The notes under the pieces: generated by a model
What the model was told of the DNA's origin: nothing
What the model saw: only the letters and a program-made list of their open reading frames with translations
Database searches by the model: none
Translations under genes and position numbers: made by a program
DNA from: an uncultured Candidatus Poseidoniales archaeon
GTDB lineage: Archaea; Thermoplasmatota; Poseidoniia; Poseidoniales; Thalassarchaeaceae
DNA length: 64,000 nucleotides
NCBI GenBank assembly: GCA_964585295.1
Contig: CAZPCY010000002.1
Span: forward strand, 102,745 to 166,744
Direction of reading: 5' to 3'
In this document: piece by piece, positions 19,010 to 29,330 of the stretch
How positions within the stretch are numbered: position 1 is the stretch's first letter
Layout: each line of letters opens with the position of its first letter

Positions 19010-20251
19010 GTGGCAACGGTTCAAGGCCCCTCTCAACCCCCCACTGAGCCGATGGTCACCGGTTGGGCTCGCTACGCCTTCAGATTTGGTGAGCATTACC
19101 GAAATCGAAACGCTGCTGAATATTGGACCCCCCCACGACTCAGACACCGAGAGTGGATGTTCACCCGTTGGGATGGAAGGCCACCAGAACGGCACAGATC
19201 ATTCAGAACGATGGAACAATTGCATCAGAGGATTGTAACCGACCCACCACACAGTTGCTTCCACAGCACAGCCTACTACACCGATGCTGGCGCGTACAAG
19301 ATGGATGAGAAGGGCTGGCAGGGTGCGGATCTGATCTTTGATCTCGATGGCGACCACTTACCTGGAGTCACCGACCTAGACTTCCCATCGATGCTGGAAC
19401 AGATACAGGAGGAAGCATGGAAACTATGGAATGACTTCCTAGAACCGGATCTTGGATTCAGAGAAGAGAACCTTCAACTAACCTTCTCTGGTCACCGAGG
19501 ATTCCATCTCCACTATAGGGACCCTCATCTCCTCTCTCTCGATCGAGATGCGAGGCGTGAGATCGTCAGCCACATCAGAGGGGAAGGTGTCTCAATCGAC
19601 GCCGTCATGCGAGGTGGATTGCACGGTTGGCGAAGAAGAATCGAATCTGGGATTGAGAATGTGATAGAGAGGCTGGAAGCACTCGCCGGCGGAGACGAAG
19701 ATCAGCGAAAACATCTGAGGTCGTTTATCTCCAAGAGAGCAGCAGCAAGGGATGCAGAGGTGAAGAGGATGTCTAATGCTGAACTCGATGAACTCGCGAG
19801 ACTCTCGACAAACTCTGATTCCAGACGTAGACTTCTGGATTCCAAGTATCGCCGCAACGTCTTCGGCCGACGGCTTAATGACGTCTTCTGGGAACTCGTC
19901 CGAGGCGATGCCAGCGTGATCCTAGGCGGGGCAGGAGAAACTGATGAGGGTGTCACCGTGGATGTGAAGAGAGTAATCAGATGGTTATCGAGCCTGCATG
20001 GAAAGAGCGGACTCGAAGTGACTGAATTCCCGCTGAATAGATTGGACCCTGATGGAACCAATCCATTCGATGCGTTGACTGAGGCCGTACCCTTCCAAGG
20101 AGCGGCCAACGAACGTGTCCGACTATTGCACGATGACATCAGGGCGAGAATCTCCGATGAGACGGTCGAGGGATTTGAAGGAGATGAGTTGGAAACCACT
20201 GAATCAATGGCGATGTTCCTGACTTTGAAAGGGTGGGCGGAACCTCTCTGA
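19010..20251 (+). CDS. priS: DNA primase small (catalytic) subunit PriS
   Basis: GADLIFDLDGDHL catalytic aspartate motif and YHSxAxY-like region typical of archaeo-eukaryotic primase; true start may be the MVTGWA Met at 19052. Confidence 0.85.
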   Translation: MATVQGPSQPPTEPMVTGWARYAFRFGEHYRNRNAAEYWTPPRLRHREWMFTRWDGRPPERHRSFRTMEQLHQRIVTDPPHSCFHSTAYYTDAGAYKMDEKGWQGADLIFDLDGDHLPGVTDLDFPSMLEQIQEEAWKLWNDFLEPDLGFREENLQLTFSGHRGFHLHYRDPHLLSLDRDARREIVSHIRGEGVSIDAVMRGGLHGWRRRIESGIENVIERLEALAGGDEDQRKHLRSFISKRAAARDAEVKRMSNAELDELARLSTNSDSRRRLLDSKYRRNVFGRRLNDVFWELVRGDASVILGGAGETDEGVTVDVKRVIRWLSSLHGKSGLEVTEFPLNRLDPDGTNPFDALTEAVPFQGAANERVRLLHDDIRARISDETVEGFEGDELETTESMAMFLTLKGWAEPL

Positions 20252-21420
20252 TGAGAGTTCAGGATAGACAACAACATCAGCCAATGTTAAAACCGAACCT
20301 AGGGTCAAGGCTAACATCGGTGGAGATGATGTCAGGCGGCTCATCAGACGAGACCTTGCCGCCGCCACCTCCCCCGCCTGGTGCAGGACTCCCTCCACCA
20401 CCAGCCCCACCACCCCCTCAACTAACCCCATCCGAACTGCCACCACCTCCAACTCCTCCTTCTTCAGAACAAGTCATCCCCAGCACCTCAAATGATGGAG
20501 ATAGCCCAGCAATCAACGAGGCCAGTATCTCGGCCGCTACCGGTCCCGAACTAGATTCAGGTGGATCCAATGTAGTCAATCTAAACGCATTAGGAGGACC
20601 CACTTCGGAATCCGCTGTGAACCGAGACCAGATGTACGGGCACATTGACCGCATCGCAACCGGTGAAGTGGGGACCCTACTCGATCGATTCGCAGATCGC
20701 TTCGGAAGCGAGCTCGATCGAGAAATCATTGTCCTTCGACGGAAGGAGCAGCAGGAGGCCAGAACCGCACAGCCGACCGTAGAACTAATTTCTCTGCCTG
20801 ATGACGATGAGCAAGAGGAGGAAGAACCCGACGTCGAAGAAGAAGAGGAGTGGGAGGAAGAGGAGACAGAAGACCTGCCCGAACTCCCACGTGAAGCCGA
20901 GAAGCGCATCGATTCTGAACTAGCTAGGATCTCCAAGCAGATCAAGCCCTTGCAGCAGAAATACAAGCTGGCGAAGCAGCGGCGACAGAACAGCAAGGTC
21001 GCCAAATTGTCCCCTAAGTTGAGGGGGCTGATAGATCGACGGGATTTGCTTTTGGATGTGAAGGAAGGGCGCAAGCACCCCTCTGCACTAGCTAAGAGCA
21101 AGCCTAAGAAGGCGAAGCCAATGGCTTCAGAATCGGAATCCGAGGTAGGAGACGACCTCTTTCCCGATTTCGTCAACATCGTCAATGACCTGCTAGGTGA
21201 CATGCCAGACGAATTCGTCGAGGCATTCATCGCAACGGAAGGGTTCTCTCTCCTCCAATCCGTGGCTGAGGATCCAGAGGAAGCGAGTGATGAACTGCGA
21301 TCTGCATTCTTCCAGATGGCGAACAAGGAACTTGGAGAATTGCCAGAGAATAAACTCGATGCCTTCGTTAAGAGCGAGGGCTTCGCCATCTTCCAGTCAA
21401 TGGGAGAACTCTACGGGTGA
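20233..21420 (+). CDS. Acidic low-complexity protein with a long polyproline tract and a duplicated C-terminal (D/N)xFVxAFIxxEGFxxxQS motif
   Basis: PPPPPPPGAGLPPPPAPPPPQLTPSELPPPPTPP; acidic EEEE blocks; overlaps the priS 3' end and the next gene start. Confidence 0.55.
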   Translation: MGGTSLMRVQDRQQHQPMLKPNLGSRLTSVEMMSGGSSDETLPPPPPPPGAGLPPPPAPPPPQLTPSELPPPPTPPSSEQVIPSTSNDGDSPAINEASISAATGPELDSGGSNVVNLNALGGPTSESAVNRDQMYGHIDRIATGEVGTLLDRFADRFGSELDREIIVLRRKEQQEARTAQPTVELISLPDDDEQEEEEPDVEEEEEWEEEETEDLPELPREAEKRIDSELARISKQIKPLQQKYKLAKQRRQNSKVAKLSPKLRGLIDRRDLLLDVKEGRKHPSALAKSKPKKAKPMASESESEVGDDLFPDFVNIVNDLLGDMPDEFVEAFIATEGFSLLQSVAEDPEEASDELRSAFFQMANKELGELPENKLDAFVKSEGFAIFQSMGELYG

Positions 21421-22220
21421 TATGCATGGGATTGCTAGAGAAGGCCGGTGGAATGCAAGCGGACGATCCGCCGAAGAAACCGAAGCGAGCCAAGAAGAAA
21501 AGAGATCCGAATCCTGAGCCGGTTACTGAGAAGCCGAAGAAGCAACGCAGGAAGAAGAAGGAGGTTTCATTGGACGAACTTCTAGAGGAAGAGGCGCAAG
21601 ACGGACCACCTGGGGATTTCATCATCGCTAGCAAGGGTGCACGTCGTTCGCGTGGCTTGGTCGATTTCATCGTCAACTGGACCCTGCCGATAACTATCTT
21701 GACCATCGAAGCCATGGGAACTTTCTGGAATCCGACCTGGCTTTGGGTGGCCGGATTGGCTATTATTGTCTTCAACATAGGATACCTTCCTTACGCCCAT
21801 AAGAGGACTATCGGGAATTTCGTCAGTCGAACGAGATATGTGAACCGGCATGGTAAGGACCCTATTTTCCTCTATGTGACAATCAAGATGATGACCGTGC
21901 CATTCATCATGGGCGCGCTGATTCTCATCGCGACCTTTGCCGGTGAGATTCAAGACAGCAAGGAAGCGATAACCCCGTTCGCCATCGGAGTGGCATTCGC
22001 CTTGGTTCCCTTTTCCGATTGGGTCGTACTGAAGGTTCGACACGAGGCAGGACAGGGTTTGTGGGACACTATCTTCGGTGCTTACATCGTCGCACATGTG
22101 CCAGAGGAAGGTGCCGAGGGATGGCTCGCCAAATTGGAGGCTACAGGTGATTACTTCGAACAGAAAGGATGGCTTTCCGACGAAGAAGGCTCAGAGGAAG
22201 ATAGTGAGAACGAATCCTGA
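21417..22220 (+). CDS. RDD-family-like membrane protein with a lysine-rich basic N-terminal tail and an acidic C-terminal tail
   Basis: KKPKRAKKKRD...KKQRRKKKE tail; 3-4 TM segments; RTIGNFVSRTRYVNRHG resembles the RDD domain; ATGA overlap with the upstream gene. Confidence 0.5.
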   Translation: MICMGLLEKAGGMQADDPPKKPKRAKKKRDPNPEPVTEKPKKQRRKKKEVSLDELLEEEAQDGPPGDFIIASKGARRSRGLVDFIVNWTLPITILTIEAMGTFWNPTWLWVAGLAIIVFNIGYLPYAHKRTIGNFVSRTRYVNRHGKDPIFLYVTIKMMTVPFIMGALILIATFAGEIQDSKEAITPFAIGVAFALVPFSDWVVLKVRHEAGQGLWDTIFGAYIVAHVPEEGAEGWLAKLEATGDYFEQKGWLSDEEGSEEDSENES

Positions 22221-22302
22221 TTCACTGAACTCATCCCTCGCAATCACCATCGATTGGCTGGATGGGATGTTCGATTAACATCGATTGAAGACGTTAGAGA
22301 TA

Positions 22303-23385
22303 TCACGATCCGTTCGACTCTGAATCGTTCGCCTTCTGCTTGGCGAATTCCCGCATGTCCTCTCCGGTGACACCCTCTGCGATCCCCTCGATGTCCTTCT
22401 CATCGACAATCTCAACTCCCAGCAGTGTCTCGATAACATCCTCCATTGTCACTAGTCCTACCGTCCCTCCGAACTCGTCCTTGACCAGCAGCAATTGCTC
22501 CTTCTTCTGTAGCAAGATATCCAAGGCCTCGTCAACCGAATCGCCAGACAGGCAAGTATGGATGGGGCGCATCAGATCCGCCATAGTCACATCGAAATCA
22601 TCGGCAGCCGCCCTCTTGAGAATCTCACTCCTTAGTACGAGACCTCTGGCATCATCAACCGAATCGCCGTATACTGGTATCCTACCATGGACCATAATCG
22701 GCTGCTCCTCCATAATCTCCGATACCGTTCTCTCCGCTGGTACGGTAGTCATCACGACCCTCGGAGTCATGACCTCGGCCACCGGAATTTCTCTCAGCTT
22801 CAGGAGGTTGGTTATCACCATCTCTTCATCCTCCTCTATCGCCTCTTCGTCCTCTGCGACTTCGACGAGCGCAGCTAGTTCGTCTCGAGTCACAGTCTCA
22901 TGGTCGGCATCTGGAAACAGGCCGCGAATCCACTCTATCGGTGCGACGACCGGGATCAGAATGACAATCATTACTCGTAAGGTCCAAGCAGCTGGGGAGC
23001 TCAACTGCTTCCAAAATATCGCACCTAGGGTCTTTGGAAGAATCTCAGATAAGAGTAGGATGCCGAGCGTCAGAACGGCCGAAGCAATGGCGACGCCCCA
23101 CTTGGCATTCGGGGTGCCCTCGACAAGTCGGGCTACCTCTGCACCCACCCCCAGAGCTCCTACCGTGTGGGCAATCGTGTTGAGAGTTAGAATCGCGGTC
23201 AGGGGACGCTCCGGTTCATCCTTGTACCGACGCCACAATGGCGCGGACCTCCTACCCGATTGCTCTATCATCAACACATGAGAGTGGGTGGTTGATAGCA
23301 GAACTGCTTCTAGTATTGAGCAGAGGAATGAGGCGCCGAGCGCTAGGCTCGCATAGAGGATAATCATCCCGTACTCTAACGCCAC
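22303..23385 (-). CDS. CNNM/CorC-HlyC family protein (DUF21 TM domain plus CBS pair)
   Basis: N-terminal DUF21-like 4-TM region, CBS-domain region and C-terminal CorC_HlyC-like segment. Confidence 0.8.
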   Translation of the reverse strand: MALEYGMIILYASLALGASFLCSILEAVLLSTTHSHVLMIEQSGRRSAPLWRRYKDEPERPLTAILTLNTIAHTVGALGVGAEVARLVEGTPNAKWGVAIASAVLTLGILLLSEILPKTLGAIFWKQLSSPAAWTLRVMIVILIPVVAPIEWIRGLFPDADHETVTRDELAALVEVAEDEEAIEEDEEMVITNLLKLREIPVAEVMTPRVVMTTVPAERTVSEIMEEQPIMVHGRIPVYGDSVDDARGLVLRSEILKRAAADDFDVTMADLMRPIHTCLSGDSVDEALDILLQKKEQLLLVKDEFGGTVGLVTMEDVIETLLGVEIVDEKDIEGIAEGVTGEDMREFAKQKANDSESNGS

Positions 23386-23562
23386 TGATCGTCTCCTCGC
23401 AGATTCGCTCCTTCTTCCTTCGCACCCGAAACAGCCGACTATGACCTTCTGGAGTCAGCACTCCAGTGAGGGCATTGGGATAAGAGGGTTCGCCGACTCT
23501 ATCCAGTTCAGTTTGGCGTAATATCCGCCATCTTGAAGCGGCGGTGGACCCCGCCTCGTACG

Positions 23563-25797
23563 ATGAAAGGTCGGCACGTGCTCATATGCGTCGCATGGCC
23601 GTATGCAAACGGTCCACTGCACCTCGGCCACGTCGCTGGTTGCTACCTTCCTCCGGACATCCAATTCAGATATCAGCGAGCACTCGGGAACAGAGTTCTC
23701 ATGGTTAGTGGCAGTGACGAACACGGAACACCCATAACAGTGACAGCGGAGATGGAGGAAGTCAGTCCTACTGAAATCGTCGATAGATACCATCGTATCA
23801 ACACCGATGCACTGCTAACTCTAGGTTGCGCATGGCAACCGAACATCGACCAACGTGGGCCTGAATACGGAGGGGCTCTGTTCAACCGTACTAGCGATCC
23901 CGATCATGCCGATATCGTCCAACGGAACTTCCTGTCGCTCCTTGAAGCAGGACTATTCGAGCGGAAGACTATGCAGCAGTACTACGAAGTCAGAGAGGGG
24001 GGTGGGAGATTCCTGCCCGATCGCTATGTCGAGGGGACGTGCCCGAATTGTTCGGAGGATGGTGCGAGAGGAGACCAATGCGATTCATGTGGAACTACTT
24101 ACGAAGCGTTTGAACTACGTAATCCAATATCGAAGATGAATCCCTCAGCACAAATTGAAATCCGAGACACAGAGCACTTCTTCTACCGGTTGGACAGATT
24201 CCAAGAACGCCTTGAAGAGCACGCTGCACAGCGGAAAGGAACATGGAAACCGAATGTCAGAGCGATGACCAAACAATGGCTTGAGATGGGCCTCCGACCT
24301 AGAGCCGTGACGCGCGATCTCGATTGGGGTATCCCACTACCATTGGACAAGGATGAATGGTCTGGTAAGTGCGTTTATGTCTGGTTTGAAGCTGTTCAGG
24401 GTTACCTATCCTGCGCCCGCATCTGGGCCAACCGATATGCCAATGAATCTGGGCATCCAGATGGAATGGAGGCTTGGCGTCGATGGTGGTGCGAACCGGA
24501 AAACGGTGACCCCCCCCTACACATGTACTTCCTAGGGAAGGACAACATCCCATTCCACACGGTCATCTGGCCTGCTCTTATCATGGGATTGAACCATGCA
24601 GCCAAAGGACGTGGTCCTGATGACGAGATTCTCCCTCCCTCCCCCGGCGACCTACATCTGGAGGACGATGTGCCGGCTATGGAATACCTGATGCTTTCTG
24701 GAGGGCAATTCAGTAAGAGTAGGAAACACGCCGTTTGGCTCCCCTCATTCCTAGAGAGATTCGATCCAGACACCCTGCGATATCACCTCGGAATCAATAT
24801 GCCAGAAGCACACGATACGAACTTCGATTGGCACGATTTCGTAGACAAGGTGAACAATGAACTCATTGGCACTTACGGTAATTTCGTACATAGGGTACTA
24901 ACCCTAGGATTGCGCATACCCGGCGATAACCCCCTATCCTCGGTTGAGGACCTCTCACAATGCTCCGAATTGATGGTTAAAATGGAGGATTTGCATACGG
25001 AAATCGGAGGCAGTCTTGACAGACAGAGGTACAAAGAATCCCTCCGTAATGTGATGAACGCAGCACAACTTGGGAATAAAATGCTGCAGATGGCAGCTCC
25101 ATGGAAACACCTCAAAGATAGGGGAGAGGATGCAGGCGAAAGTCTGGCCAGACTGGCTTTCGGTTGGAGGGTGTGCCGTTTCCTAGCCATTACCAGCCAA
25201 CCATTCATGCCATTCAGTGCCCAACGACTCTGGACTATGCTCGGACAGCCGGGGGAAGTCTCGGAGATCCCTTGGAGTAGTGCTGTCGATTGGGCGGTCC
25301 CGATTACTTGGTCTAATGAGGCACCAGAGCCTCTTTTCGACAGATTGGATTTGGATGCCATTATCGAGACTGAACAGTCACTGGTAGACGATGATGGATT
25401 AGATACTGGCCATAACATCAAGGGCTCTGGAAGCGTGAGAGTTGAGGAGGAGGGAGATGACGAGATGAAATGGTTGGACTTCGCTACATTCCAGAGCGTT
25501 GATTTGCGCACAGGTACCATAACCTCAATCGAAGACCATCCAAACGCGGACCGACTCTATGTCGTTACCATCGACGATGGTAGCGAGAAAGGAAGGACGG
25601 TATGCGCAGGGCTGAAGGATTACATCGCAGCGGACGAAATGGTCGGAAGGAATGTGGTCTTCGTGGCAAATCTTGAGCCTCGGCCGCTGAGGGGGGTGAC
25701 TTCTGAGGGCATGCTGCTCGCTGCTGACGATGGCGAGGGGAATGTGAGGCTTATTACCACTCTAGGGGACATTAGGGACGGTTCCACCGTTCGCTGA
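23563..25797 (+). CDS. metG: Methionyl-tRNA synthetase with C-terminal tRNA-binding (EMAP-like) domain
   Basis: PYANGPLHLGH HIGH motif, KMSKS variant QFSKSRKH, zinc knuckle CPNC...CDSC, and C-terminal TGTITSIEDHPNADRLYV OB-fold. Confidence 0.9.
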   Translation: MKGRHVLICVAWPYANGPLHLGHVAGCYLPPDIQFRYQRALGNRVLMVSGSDEHGTPITVTAEMEEVSPTEIVDRYHRINTDALLTLGCAWQPNIDQRGPEYGGALFNRTSDPDHADIVQRNFLSLLEAGLFERKTMQQYYEVREGGGRFLPDRYVEGTCPNCSEDGARGDQCDSCGTTYEAFELRNPISKMNPSAQIEIRDTEHFFYRLDRFQERLEEHAAQRKGTWKPNVRAMTKQWLEMGLRPRAVTRDLDWGIPLPLDKDEWSGKCVYVWFEAVQGYLSCARIWANRYANESGHPDGMEAWRRWWCEPENGDPPLHMYFLGKDNIPFHTVIWPALIMGLNHAAKGRGPDDEILPPSPGDLHLEDDVPAMEYLMLSGGQFSKSRKHAVWLPSFLERFDPDTLRYHLGINMPEAHDTNFDWHDFVDKVNNELIGTYGNFVHRVLTLGLRIPGDNPLSSVEDLSQCSELMVKMEDLHTEIGGSLDRQRYKESLRNVMNAAQLGNKMLQMAAPWKHLKDRGEDAGESLARLAFGWRVCRFLAITSQPFMPFSAQRLWTMLGQPGEVSEIPWSSAVDWAVPITWSNEAPEPLFDRLDLDAIIETEQSLVDDDGLDTGHNIKGSGSVRVEEEGDDEMKWLDFATFQSVDLRTGTITSIEDHPNADRLYVVTIDDGSEKGRTVCAGLKDYIAADEMVGRNVVFVANLEPRPLRGVTSEGMLLAADDGEGNVRLITTLGDIRDGSTVR

Positions 25798-26349
25798 TTC
25801 GTCATCCGGTTCATCGAAGAACTCCCACTGCAACTCCGCTAATTCTTTCCTGTCTCTAGCCGATGCATACGCAGCTAGTGGGGCGGCATTGAGTTCGATG
25901 AATCCAGAACCCCATCGAAACGGGGATAGCACCCGCTCTGCCTGATCAGATCGCCCCATCAGGAAGAGGGATGCTGCCAGCGCCTCGACCGTGCTCAACC
26001 TGCCTGGTTTGCCCCAGGAGATGGGATTCCCGGCCAGCAGAACGGGTAATGTCCTGCCTTCGAGCCTTGGGGATCTCCGTCCGATATCATCGAACGAGGA
26101 GGAGAGATGCTTCCATGAGCAATCTAGGGCAATAAGTGACACCCCTCGGTTGATTGCTCCGACATCATCTGGTCCTAGCAGGAGCCCTGCACTGGGATCC
26201 AACAGGAAGCCGCGGCGAGGTAATCTGCGAAGGTCAGAATGCAAAACAACAGTGCCCTCACGTTCCATCCTTCGAGCGGTGCACTTCCTAGGGTCGTCCT
26301 GATCTAGATGTACGACATGGAGCACGACATCGTCGCGCATATCCTTCAC
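25762..26349 (-). CDS. tsr3: Tsr3-like (DUF367) small-subunit rRNA aminocarboxypropyltransferase
   Basis: LDQDDPRKCTARRM motif characteristic of Tsr3; 195 aa. Confidence 0.6.
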   Translation of the reverse strand: MKDMRDDVVLHVVHLDQDDPRKCTARRMEREGTVVLHSDLRRLPRRGFLLDPSAGLLLGPDDVGAINRGVSLIALDCSWKHLSSSFDDIGRRSPRLEGRTLPVLLAGNPISWGKPGRLSTVEALAASLFLMGRSDQAERVLSPFRWGSGFIELNAAPLAAYASARDRKELAELQWEFFDEPDDESANGGTVPNVP

Positions 26350-26350
26350 C

Positions 26351-26890
26351 TCAATCTCGCTTCAAACGCTCGTCTAGAAGGTCCCCTAGAGTCATCGAAC
26401 GATCCTGTCGCTTGGGTAGGGCTCTCGATCCTTCGACCTCTCTATCAACCCACAGTTCAATGCCCAATTCGCGTTCTATTCGATCTATAACGCTGTCCGT
26501 AGGCCTCTTCCCGTTCTCGATTCTCTGGACAACATTAAGGCGCTCTCCTACCCTAGAAGCCAGTGCTCGTTGATCAATTCCTGATTTCCTGCGGCCTGCC
26601 TGAACCCGTTTCGCGAAATCGGGCACCAGCTCCTTTCTCTTACTGACCATTATGTCCCTGCCGGCTCTACCCATCCCACCGTACCCTCCACTCGTCCGAC
26701 TCGTATCTCCTGCGATACGGCTTGATTCCTCATTCGGGCGTATTTTGGACAGCGGCGCCACCTCCTGTAATCCCATGCTCTCGATACACCGACTGCACGC
26801 ATTCAAGGTCGTTCCAGAGATTCTTGCCTTTCGAGTACCTACCTCGGCTTGACCACATAGTTCGCAAGATGCCATCTCAATCCCGTCCAC
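26351..26890 (-). CDS. mbf1: Archaeal multiprotein-bridging factor 1 (zinc ribbon plus HTH XRE domain)
   Basis: N-terminal CELCG...CSRC zinc ribbon and C-terminal QRALASRVGERLNVVQRIENGKR HTH. Confidence 0.75.
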   Translation of the reverse strand: MDGIEMASCELCGQAEVGTRKARISGTTLNACSRCIESMGLQEVAPLSKIRPNEESSRIAGDTSRTSGGYGGMGRAGRDIMVSKRKELVPDFAKRVQAGRRKSGIDQRALASRVGERLNVVQRIENGKRPTDSVIDRIERELGIELWVDREVEGSRALPKRQDRSMTLGDLLDERLKRD

Positions 26891-26994
26891 TCCTCGCTGG
26901 CATCCCTTTTCATCGTGATGAACGACACTTCACGCTAGACTCGGACCATCATGTGAAATACCGCGGCCGATGTACGATTGTTTGAGGGGATGCG

Positions 26995-28236
26995 ATGAGT
27001 GGTGGAGCGGATGCCGTCAGACCGCCTTCGGACGACCTCTCTGGTAACACCGATGATGACGGAATGGAAAATCTGCTCAGGCGACTCGAACGGGAGATGC
27101 GGGACCTTCAGGAGCAAGCCCAATCACTTCTCACTGAGAAGATCTATCTTGAGAATGAGCACGCCCAGATGAAGAAGAGAGCGAATAGATTAGAAGAGGA
27201 AGTACGACACCTCAGAAGCCCCCCCTTCATCATCGGCAACATCCAAGATATCATCGATGAGGAGAAAGCGGTTGTCCGATCATCCAACGGCACGGTTTTC
27301 CTAGTTCAACTAAACAGGAGAATCGATCTAGATCGCCTGAAGCCAGGTGCTCGAGTAGCCCTGAATCAGGATTCGCTTTCTGTGATTGAGGTCCTTCATG
27401 ATGCTTGGGATCCTCTCGTTGCTGCAGCCGAAATCGTTAGCGCTCCAAAGGTCCATTACTCTGACATAGGGGGTCTAGACGAGCAGATCGAACGGCTACG
27501 TGATGCAATTGAACTCCCTCTTAATTCCCCTGAGGAATTCGTTAGATTCGGGATCGAACCGCCAACCGGAGTTCTGCTCTGTGGTCCGCCTGGTACTGGT
27601 AAGACGATGCTGGCCAAAGCTGTCGCGAAGTCTACGGATGCGACTTTCTTGGGCCTGGTTGGAAGCGAATTAGCACAGAAATACATCGGCGAGGGAGGCC
27701 GATTGGTCCGAGAATTGTTCGATCTAGCTCGGGACAAGGCGCCTTCGATCCTATTCATCGATGAAATCGATGCCATCGGAGCCAAGCGTCTCGATGCTGC
27801 CACCAGCGGAGACAGGGAAGTACAGAGGACACTCATGCAGTTGCTCGCTGAGATGGATGGATTCAGCGAGGTTGCAGATGTGAAGATCATCGCCGCCACT
27901 AACAGACCGGAGCTCCTTGATGAGGCATTGTTAAGACCAGGAAGATTCGACCGAATTATCGAGATCCCATTGCCAGATGTGACTGGTAGGAAGGCGATTC
28001 TAGAACTTCATGCAGGCAGGATGCCCCTTGCGAGAGATGTAAGAATGGGGCGTCTAGTCGAATTGACGGATGGGTTCAGCGGAGCCGACCTGAAGGCGCT
28101 TTGCGTCGAAGCTGGAATGCTGGCCATCAAGGCTAGTAGAAGAAGGACCAAACAAGTGGACTTCACAGTCGCAATCAGAACCGTTAGGGAGAATCGAGAT
28201 TCAAAGAGCACCGATCCGAGCCCATCCTATGGATGA
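26995..28236 (+). CDS. pan: Proteasome-activating nucleotidase PAN (AAA+ ATPase)
   Basis: N-terminal coiled coil, OB region, GPPGTGKT Walker A, AAA+ box; 413 aa. Confidence 0.9.
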   Translation: MSGGADAVRPPSDDLSGNTDDDGMENLLRRLEREMRDLQEQAQSLLTEKIYLENEHAQMKKRANRLEEEVRHLRSPPFIIGNIQDIIDEEKAVVRSSNGTVFLVQLNRRIDLDRLKPGARVALNQDSLSVIEVLHDAWDPLVAAAEIVSAPKVHYSDIGGLDEQIERLRDAIELPLNSPEEFVRFGIEPPTGVLLCGPPGTGKTMLAKAVAKSTDATFLGLVGSELAQKYIGEGGRLVRELFDLARDKAPSILFIDEIDAIGAKRLDAATSGDREVQRTLMQLLAEMDGFSEVADVKIIAATNRPELLDEALLRPGRFDRIIEIPLPDVTGRKAILELHAGRMPLARDVRMGRLVELTDGFSGADLKALCVEAGMLAIKASRRRTKQVDFTVAIRTVRENRDSKSTDPSPSYG

Positions 28237-29325
28237 TTGCGCCGTTGGGATTTTGTGCGTGACCCCCCCGACCACCAATCGATGGCAAGGGACGGGGTCG
28301 TAGAGTGCGTGCCTAACTTCAGCGAAGGAAGGGACGAACATGTCATTGATTCCATAGTTTCAGCAGCCGTTGGTGTCGAGGGAGCCAAGGTCATTGGTTC
28401 GGAGCCCGACCCTGATTACAATCGCACCGTCGTGACGATTGCTGGGGAGCCAGAGGGAGTCAGTGAGGCCGCGTTCCGTCTTATCTCAAGAGCGGCAAGC
28501 GTAATCGACATGTCCGAACACTCTGGTGAGCATCCGCGAATGGGGGCGGTCGATGTATGTCCATTCGTCCCGATAACGGGTGCGAGCATGGTTGATTGCG
28601 TCTCCCTCGCGCGGAATCTCTCTGATAGGGTCGCTAATGAATTGTCATTGCCCGTCTACCTCTACGGAGAGGCTGCCACCAAAGAAGAGCGAAGGAGTCT
28701 CGCAGCGCTCAGGAAAGGGCAGTACGAAGGTTTGGAATCTCGATTCGATGGATCGGACGACATTCACTCTGATGCTACCAGATTACCCGACGCAGGCCCG
28801 ATTGAATGGAATGAGAAGACAAGTGCCTTCGGGGCCATTGCCATCGGCGCTAGAAGGGTTCTCGTCGCCTACAATGTGAATCTCGACGAGGCGGATGCCA
28901 GAGTGGCGAGGATATGTGGTAGTATCGTAAGGACCTCTGGCCGTCTAATCAAGGGGGAAGACGGCCGGAAGATGAGGACCGGCGGGATGTTGGATGGGGT
29001 GCAGGGGATGGGAGTGCCCCTTGAAACTCATGGAATCAGCCAAGTTTCCATGAATCTGCAGGATGTGACCAAGACGGACATGCACGAGGCATTCGAATGC
29101 ATAAGAAGTATAGCAGCTGATCACGGCATCGAGACCGCGGGTAGCGAACTCGTAGGGCTGGCACCTCTATCGTCTTTCATAGCAGCGGGAAGATGGTTTC
29201 ACGCTAATCCTTCGATAGCGAGCGAAGACGACTTGGTGCAAGCCGCTATCATTGGGTTAGGACTCGATCGATTGTCGTCGTTCGATCCGATGGAGAGAAT
29301 CATAGAATGGGCTGCAGTCTCGTAG
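28237..29325 (+). CDS. ftcD: Glutamate formiminotransferase (FtcD N-terminal-type domain protein)
   Basis: VECVPNFSEGR signature of the formiminotransferase domain; functional start may be the MARDG Met at about 28282. Confidence 0.8.
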   Translation: MRRWDFVRDPPDHQSMARDGVVECVPNFSEGRDEHVIDSIVSAAVGVEGAKVIGSEPDPDYNRTVVTIAGEPEGVSEAAFRLISRAASVIDMSEHSGEHPRMGAVDVCPFVPITGASMVDCVSLARNLSDRVANELSLPVYLYGEAATKEERRSLAALRKGQYEGLESRFDGSDDIHSDATRLPDAGPIEWNEKTSAFGAIAIGARRVLVAYNVNLDEADARVARICGSIVRTSGRLIKGEDGRKMRTGGMLDGVQGMGVPLETHGISQVSMNLQDVTKTDMHEAFECIRSIAADHGIETAGSELVGLAPLSSFIAAGRWFHANPSIASEDDLVQAAIIGLGLDRLSSFDPMERIIEWAAVS

Positions 29326-29330
29326 GTGAT

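Noticed and set aside
20418-21389. 323-aa antisense ORF opposite the polyproline/acidic gene
   Set aside because: It is poly-Ser/Gly low complexity generated by reading GAA/GAG-rich coding DNA backwards. It has no start context and fully overlaps a better ORF.
25762-25797. 36-nt convergent overlap between the metG 3' end and the tsr3 3' end
   Set aside because: Short convergent 3' overlaps are common in this compact genome, so it is not treated as a feature.
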